From: Acidimicrobiia bacterium
GTDB taxonomy: Bacteria; Actinomycetota; Acidimicrobiia; Spongiisociales; ZC4RG35
Direction: 5' to 3'
Length of the DNA: 64,000 nt
NCBI GenBank assembly: GCA_965215185.1
Contig: OZ244034.1
Coordinates: forward strand, 1,248,001 to 1,312,000
In this document: in pieces, positions 61,002-64,000 of the stretch
Position numbering within the stretch: the first letter of the stretch is position 1
Layout of the letters: every line of letters starts with the position of its first letter
Program-made: the position numbers and the translations under genes
Notes under the pieces: model-generated
The model's database searches: none
Told to the model about the DNA's origin: nothing
Seen by the model: only the letters and a program-made list of their open reading frames with translations

Positions 61002-62486
61002 TCAACCACCCCCCATCTGAACTCCCGGCAGCGCCCTTGCTTCGTGAAAGGCCACGGTCGTTTTGGTTTCATGCTACGACTCTTAAAGATGTTCGGTCAG
61101 GACTCCGTCACGATAGTGCTGGCTCTGTGACAGAGTTCCAACACAGAGACCTTGGAACTCTCGCAGCGCGAACGAAAATCGCTGACCGTGACCGCTCCAT
61201 CATCACTCCTTCTAACTCTACTAACCAGAGCCTCAGATCAGGCGCCACTCTTCGCCTCAGTAAAGACGATTCCCCAAGATGGGGCACATGACAGACCTTC
61301 CCACCCGACCTGCACATTAGACGCATGAGAATAATTCCTACTTACGCGCAATATTGCATCTAGCGAACAGGTGGGCGCCACCAATCCCACATTGTGTAGA
61401 GAGGGATTGGCGATGCCACATCCCGTACTTCGGGAGTAAGACTCCTCCCGTTGCATTCGCTGGACTACCAGCCTTCCCAACGAAACCTGCCCACAAACCC
61501 CAGGGCGGCTCCGCTACAAGTGGTACACCAGAAGGCGTGTATGCCCTGGCCGAACCCACTGGCGGCGCCCGCCCAAGGGTGGTGTTTGTGATGCGTCAAC
61601 GCCACGACACGGTAGAAGCCGGACAGCGGGTGGGCAGTCCCGCCCACCCCTTCTACCTGGTATATGTCCAAGACGGCGGGCAGATCAGCTACGGATGCGC
61701 CAACACCCGCCAAGTGTCGGAAGCGTAGCCTTCGACAAACACGGGGCGGTTCACCACACATCCCACAAAGACGCCCAGGGCGAGGGTTGAGAGAGTGCCT
61801 TCACCGCAAAGGGTGTCACCCTTGAAAAGCGGTGGCCTCCCTGCGAAGTCGGTGAACCGACGTTTTCCATCTAGGACTCCTCCCCCAGCGTGAGACCGAG
61901 GGGTGCTACCAAGACTCGGCGTCGAGGTTGATATGGAAACCGAACGAGCGGACGCTTCAGGGCGAGAGCATGATGGACTTGTTGAAACGCGGCGACTACG
62001 AAGGCACCCTAGGGTATCTGCTGTGGGTGTCAGATTTCATTCCCAATATAGAATCGGTCGCACACGTCTGGGCCTAAAACGAGAACGGCGGGGATAGAAC
62101 CCTATTTCGTAAATTTTGAGGGCAGATGAGTGGACGAGAAGAAATCGTAGACCACGAGACGAGCAAAGATTTCTTCTAGTGTCTAGCTTCGTAACCTTTC
62201 GAGTCGGACTAGCCCCCTGAGGGGATACTGCTACTCAAACAACGAGGCAATTCACGCTACAAACGATAGCTTCTTAGCTTCGCGTATGCACACGCCGGGC
62301 TACTTCAGACCCCCCGATCAGGCCGCAACAGCACGCTCCAAGTTCCGACGCGGCTAATCAGTACCTCTATGCGGAACGATCACCCAAGCCATTATCCACA
62401 ACCTTGCTATTGTGCTATAAGGAAGAACCTACAAGATTAGCATTGTTACAGGAGGGGTTGGTGATTGTATTGAAAGAGAGACTGTT

Positions 62487-62951
62487 ATGAGACACATGGG
62501 AACGGACGCTCGACGCCGCATGGACGAAAGGTACCGCCGTCTAGGTCCCCTGTCCGAAATGGGACGCCCTCATCGAGGCTGGATCCGCGCTGTCCGAGAC
62601 GCACTGGGTATGTCCACCACGGAACTAGCCCGTCGGTTGGGCATCAGCCAGCAACGGATAACCGCTCTCGAACAGGGAGAGTTGCGGCTCTCCATCCAAC
62701 TCAACACGTTGAAACGGGTCGCTGACGCTCTTGATTGCGAACTCATATACGCCCTGGTACCCAGAACAAGTCTCACTGAGGCCGTCAAGGAGCAAGCAAG
62801 ACGCAAAGCGGAGCAACATCTAGAGTGGGTCGCGCACCATAGCCGCCTAGAAAACCAAGAGACCGACGACATCCTCAATGCCCGGACCGAGGACCTGGCC
62901 GAAGAACTCACGAACCGCAGAGGACTGTGGAGCCACTCTCCACACCGATGA
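62487..62951 (+). CDS. mobile mystery protein A (XRE HTH)
   Basis: GWIRAVRDALGMS..ELA.RLG...ADALDCELIYALVP...LW. Confidence 0.88.
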   Translation: MRHMGTDARRRMDERYRRLGPLSEMGRPHRGWIRAVRDALGMSTTELARRLGISQQRITALEQGELRLSIQLNTLKRVADALDCELIYALVPRTSLTEAVKEQARRKAEQHLEWVAHHSRLENQETDDILNARTEDLAEELTNRRGLWSHSPHR

Positions 62952-63535
62952 CCGGACCGTTCCTCCCCGAAGGTGACGGGCACACCGCACTGTCCGACGA
63001 GGACCGCTTTGGTTTGATCCCATCCCACATCGCAACTCGCGGCGACCTGTTCGATGCCGAGGAACGCAACATCGCCCATGCACTGCTACGGCCGTTCCCG
63101 AAAATCCGTGTGCTGTTGGACGACCTATACCTTCGTGACCTTCACCGAGCAATGTTCGGCCAGGTGTATCAGTGGGCCGGCCAGTACAGGCAACGCGCGA
63201 CCAACATCGGGATGGACCCGACCGTCATCGCCACGGCGGTGCGGTTGCTAGTTGAGAACGTCGCCACCTGGGTGGAATACGGAACATACGAACCCGACGA
63301 AATCTGTGTGCGCTTCCATCACCAGCTCGTCTCTATACACCCCTTCCCCAACGGGAACGGTCGGCACAGCCGAATCTGCGCCGACTATCTCGTCACCGCC
63401 CTGGGAATGCCACCGTTCAGTTGGGGTAGGGGTCTTGGCGTGACAACCAGCAAGTTGAGGTGGCACTACCAAACCGCTCTTAGAGCCGCCGACGCTGGCA
63501 AAATACGAGACCTCTTAATCTTCGCCCGAAGTTGA
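62948..63535 (+). CDS. mobile mystery protein B (Fic domain)
   Basis: LHRAMFG.V..WAG.YR, IHPFPNGNGRHSR, FSWG, FARS end; ATGA overlap with protein A. Confidence 0.9.
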   Translation: MTGPFLPEGDGHTALSDEDRFGLIPSHIATRGDLFDAEERNIAHALLRPFPKIRVLLDDLYLRDLHRAMFGQVYQWAGQYRQRATNIGMDPTVIATAVRLLVENVATWVEYGTYEPDEICVRFHHQLVSIHPFPNGNGRHSRICADYLVTALGMPPFSWGRGLGVTTSKLRWHYQTALRAADAGKIRDLLIFARS

Positions 63536-64000
63536 TGCCCGGCCAGCAACGGCATTATGGTGGGACTGGCGCCAAGACAGCGTTTTCCTAGGTCAGAGGG
63601 TTGCCCGAAAGCGGGTTTGAAAGGAAAATTTCCAGTTGTGGCAGGAAATTCACACCGTGGGTAGTGCCCCCGTTCGGGGTTGATACGACACCCGAAGATA
63701 AATCTGTGGTTTATGCCTCCCCTGGACTCCCGAACGAACTCACCACCTTAATAAGCGGCTTCTACACACAGTGCCAAGCCGTGACGTGTGGCGGGCTTTA
63801 TGTTAGATGTCATGGAACAGGACAGACGGGCTACTTTTTCTTGGCGACCTCCAATCGGCTGAAGGGGTGCTGCATGTCGTGTGGGAGCGTTGCGGCGATC
63901 ACGGTATCCTTCCCTGACTTACAAAGAAATGAGACATTCCGAAACGGTCACCACACCCAAAAACAGAGGGATCATTGAGGTACGCCTATGACCCCAATTG

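Noticed and set aside
61020-62450. Short ORFs and a hairpin at 61800-61857
   Set aside because: No recognisable motifs; cannot distinguish decayed genes from intergenic DNA

Overview
High-GC actinobacterial DNA, most like Acidimicrobiia. The Cys-containing SLH, RCC1 and PD40 surface proteins suggest a host- or sponge-associated lineage, but that is inference. A conserved backbone (rsmA-tatD-rsmI on the left; sepX/glpR-like, moaC, moeA, plsY, FmdB, uppP on the right) is interrupted by a ~49 kb accessory region bounded by inward-facing tRNA genes: two tRNA-Ser (+, 5728-5929) and tRNA-Ala(CGC) (-, 55001-55074). The Ser side (5.9-21.6 kb) looks like tandemly stacked units that share a 220-bp DDE-transposase end and a conserved terminal motif. 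It carries an MNT-HEPN fusion, SLH-PD40 and SLH-RCC1 proteins, TA-like pairs and an IS110 with a readable bridge-RNA region. The Ala side (22.6-55 kb) has a tRNA-Ala 3' duplicate, P4-like integrase and AlpA relics and a mosaic of gene fragments. It also holds three RDD + subtilase/PD40/RCC1 cassettes, inverted CAP/Ig/PD40 paralogs, a metzincin with 579-bp tandem repeats, and IS3, IS110-HTH, ISL3 and IS256 relics. A second accessory patch (60-64 kb) has a PP2C phosphatase and mobile mystery proteins A/B. No CRISPR array, rRNA or reverse transcriptase was seen. All family calls come from motif recognition by eye; no database was searched.
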